Assembly (NCBI GenBank): GCA_048058875.1
Contig: JBLLNR010000005.1
Span: 48,615-112,614, forward strand
Direction: 5' to 3'
Length of the DNA stretch: 64,000 nucleotides
Origin: Methylotenera sp.
GTDB taxonomy: Bacteria > Pseudomonadota > Gammaproteobacteria > Burkholderiales > Methylophilaceae
Shown here one piece after another: positions 61,631-64,000 of this stretch (position 1 is its first letter; each line of letters opens with the position of its first letter). Made by a program: the position numbers and the translations under genes. Below the pieces are notes generated by a model. That model was not told where the DNA came from, did not search any database, and was given only the letters and a program-made list of their open reading frames with translations.

Positions 61631-62310
61631 GTTGATTGTTTACTTTTCAATATTTGATTAAGCGCTATTTTTGCTGCCTGTTGTTCTGCGATGCGACGGC
61701 TTGTTCCCTCACCTATTGTTGAAATATTAAGCTTATCAATGACACAAGTTACGCTAAATGTTTGTGCATGAGCTTCACCTTCGATTGAACAAACACTGTA
61801 ATGAGGCAAATCAATTTTCTTGCTTTGCAGATACTCTTGTAATTTGGATTTTGCATCCTTATCAATAGCTTTTGGATCAATGTTGTCTAGCCTATCTGCA
61901 TAAAGCTGTAACACCATTGTTTGCGTTAAGGCAAAACCTCCATCTAAGTAAGCAGCGCCAATAACCGCTTCTAAAGCATCTGATAAAATTGAAGGTCTAC
62001 GCCAACCTGCACTTTTAAGCTCGCCTTCACCCAAGTTCAATAAATCGCCCAAGTAAAATCCTTTTGCGATTTCAAACAAAGTCGCTTCTTTCACCAATTG
62101 AGCTCGCAAACGACTTAAATCACCCTCTGATAAATTAGGGAAGCGTTGAAATAACTGTTCTGCAACAATAAAGTTAAGTACGCCATCCCCTAAGAATTCT
62201 AGACGTTCATTGTTGTGGCTGCCATAACTTCGATGTGTCAGTGCTTGCTTTAATAAGTCTTGTTTTTTGAACCAATATCCGAGCCGTTTTTGCAGACTGT
62301 CTAATTGCAT
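61627..62310 (-). CDS. rnc: Ribonuclease III
   Basis: Signature NERLEFLGDGVL and a C-terminal dsRBD. Confidence 0.95.
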   Translation of the reverse strand: MQLDSLQKRLGYWFKKQDLLKQALTHRSYGSHNNERLEFLGDGVLNFIVAEQLFQRFPNLSEGDLSRLRAQLVKEATLFEIAKGFYLGDLLNLGEGELKSAGWRRPSILSDALEAVIGAAYLDGGFALTQTMVLQLYADRLDNIDPKAIDKDAKSKLQEYLQSKKIDLPHYSVCSIEGEAHAQTFSVTCVIDKLNISTIGEGTSRRIAEQQAAKIALNQILKSKQST

Positions 62311-62316
62311 GAAGAT

Positions 62317-62685
62317 TTATTTTTCCGTTGATGCCTTAAAATCCATTAAAGCACTAAGATTAAATGCTAAAGGGGTGACAACTTCATATTGGACTGACAC
62401 TACATTTTTACCGCTAGGGTCTTTGCTGAAAATTAAATCCTTGCTATTGACTACCGTTACGTATCCCGTACTGGCATTTTTATCAAATGCTTCCATGATC
62501 TCTTGCTTACTCATGCTATCAAACTCAGGCTTAGTGGCAATATTATTGATGATTTTTTTTACGCCAGAAAACTCAATATATGCAGGTACGATTTTGACAC
62601 CTGCTAAGATGAGCGAAATCGCAATAATAGCAACGATAACAAAGCCTAAAAAAGTCATGCCTGCTTGTTTTTTCAACATATTCAT
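62317..62685 (-). CDS. DUF4845-like small membrane protein
   Basis: N-terminal TM (MTFLGFVIVAIIAISLILAGVKIVPAYIEF), in the conserved position between lepB and rnc. Confidence 0.65.
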   Translation of the reverse strand: MNMLKKQAGMTFLGFVIVAIIAISLILAGVKIVPAYIEFSGVKKIINNIATKPEFDSMSKQEIMEAFDKNASTGYVTVVNSKDLIFSKDPSGKNVVSVQYEVVTPLAFNLSALMDFKASTEK

Positions 62686-62694
62686 CTCCTGAAC

Positions 62695-63537
62695 TTAATG
62701 AATCGAATTACCAATTCTGCCAAACTCATCAAAATTAAACCAGATAAAGAAAGCCTTTCCGACCAAATTCTGGTTTGGCACAAATCCCCAGACACGGCTA
62801 TCAGAACTATTATCTCGGTTATCACCCATCGCAAGATAATGCCCCTCTGGCACGATGACTGTTTCCCCATTCAAAAATTGCTCGCCAATTGAGCCTGATT
62901 GATAACGACTATTTGGAATATCATAGATGAGAATATCATGTTTAACCTCACCCAATTGCTCATGCAAGCGTTGTGCTTTGATGATACTCTGATCTTGATC
63001 TGTATAATCTGAGTCTTCCAAGAAATTAACCTCTAAAGGCTCACCATTGATGGTTAACCGTTTGTTTTGATATTGAATTTTATCGCCAGGCAAGCCTACA
63101 ATTCTCTTTATGTAATCGATTTTTGGGTTAGGTGGAAAATGAAAAACCGCGACATCACCACGTTTTGGCTGACTAATATCCAAGAATACAGTATTCAGCA
63201 CTGGTAATCTTAAACCGTAAGTAAATTTATTCACCAAGATATAATCCCCAGCCAATAACGTTGGCATCATTGAACCAGATGGGATTTTAAAAGGCTCTGC
63301 GATAAACGAGCGAATCACAAATACCAACAAAATAACTGGGAAAAAGCTTTTTGCATATTCAACTGTTGTTGGATCATCAACCCCTTTTGGTCGCTTTTTC
63401 TGAAAAAATAGATAATCAACCAGCCAAATCAACCCAGTAAGTAACAGAATCAAAAGCATAAACAACGGGAAGCCAATGATACTGAAATAGACCCCTGCCA
63501 GACCTAATAAAATCAAGCCAAAAAACAACCATTCCAT
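62695..63537 (-). CDS. lepB: Signal peptidase I
   Basis: Catalytic boxes IPSGSMMPTL, YIKRIVGLPGD and GDNRDNSSDSR. Confidence 0.95.
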   Translation of the reverse strand: MEWLFFGLILLGLAGVYFSIIGFPLFMLLILLLTGLIWLVDYLFFQKKRPKGVDDPTTVEYAKSFFPVILLVFVIRSFIAEPFKIPSGSMMPTLLAGDYILVNKFTYGLRLPVLNTVFLDISQPKRGDVAVFHFPPNPKIDYIKRIVGLPGDKIQYQNKRLTINGEPLEVNFLEDSDYTDQDQSIIKAQRLHEQLGEVKHDILIYDIPNSRYQSGSIGEQFLNGETVIVPEGHYLAMGDNRDNSSDSRVWGFVPNQNLVGKAFFIWFNFDEFGRIGNSIH

Positions 63538-63539
63538 TA

Positions 63540-64000
63540 TTATTTATCCTCTACTCTTAAAATAGCTAAAAAAGCCTCTTGAGGAATTTCCACATTGCCT
63601 ACTTGTTTCATCCGTTTTTTACCTTCTTTTTGCTTTTCTAATAATTTACGTTTGCGTGTTACATCACCACCATAACATTTTGCTAGCACATTCTTGCGCA
63701 TTGCTTTAACAGTCTCTCGTGCAATGATGTTTGCACCTATTGCCGCTTGAATCGCAATATCAAACATTTGCCGTGGAATTAATTCACGCATCTTTGCAGC
63801 CACTTCTCGGCCCCTATATATACTATTAGCTCGATGTGTAATCATACTGAGTGAATCTACGCGCTCACCATTGACCATAATATCAAGTTTTACCAAATCT
63901 GCAGCACGAAACTCTAAAAATTCATAATCCATCGACGCATAGCCTCGGGAAACGGACTTCAAGCGGTCAAAAAAGTCGAGCACCACTTCATTTAATGGCA
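63540..64000 (-). CDS. lepA: Elongation factor 4 (LepA), C-terminal part; the gene continues beyond the window
   Basis: LepA C-terminal domain sequence: ..[28 protein letters not shown]......GR...KM.ELIPRQ.F...IQAAIG..IIARET.KA.RK.V.AKCYGGD..RK.KLLEKQK.GKKRMK. Confidence 0.9.
   Translation of the reverse strand, partial: PLNEVVLDFFDRLKSVSRGYASMDYEFLEFRAADLVKLDIMVNGERVDSLSMITHRANSIYRGREVAAKMRELIPRQMFDIAIQAAIGANIIARETVKAMRKNVLAKCYGGDVTRKRKLLEKQKEGKKRMKQVGNVEIPQEAFLAILRVEDK

Overview
This is a chromosomal window, roughly low-40s %GC by eye. It is probably betaproteobacterial: the 16S has the ATCGGAACGT-type signature, and the lepA-lepB-DUF4845-rnc-era-recO-pdxJ-acpS gene order fits. A Methylophilaceae-like origin is only a guess.

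Contents, left to right:
1. uup.
2. An uncharacterised peptide-ligase / proteasome-like cluster: HPPD-like dioxygenase, circularly permuted ATP-grasp, alpha-E, two tandem Anbu-type proteasome homologues, and a convergent 1105-aa transglutaminase/DUF2126 protein.
3. A GIY-YIG gene, tRNA-Arg and a DUF1996-like lipoprotein.
4. A four-gene c-di-GMP module: YfiR-like protein, small TM protein, CHASE8-HAMP-PAS-GGDEF-EAL protein, and a BLUF photoreceptor. The BLUF carries an in-frame 9-bp tandem repeat at its photoactive site.
5. A complete Lap-type, c-di-GMP-controlled type I secreted adhesin system: TolC-OmpA outer membrane gene (frameshifted), lapG, lapD, and lapB-lapC-(VpsT/CsgD-like regulator)-giant RTX adhesin. 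The adhesin contains about 8.2 kb of near-identical 630-bp tandem repeats.
6. tRNA-Cys/Gly, pgsA, uvrC, ParA-like gene, short CDF transporter, two secreted EF-hand proteins and rlmJ.
7. One rrn operon (16S, tRNA-Ile, tRNA-Ala, 23S, 5S), with an apparent ~110-nt intervening sequence in 23S helix 45.
8. tRNA-fMet, a DUF4197 gene, glgP, htpG, tcdA, and the acpS-pdxJ-recO-era-rnc-lepB-lepA block.

Four genes show single-base frameshifts, two of them inside A/T homopolymers. Base-calling indels are therefore a serious alternative to real pseudogenes.

I saw no CRISPR array, transposase, integrase or prophage.

Everything is from reading the sequence and ORF translations. No database search was run.
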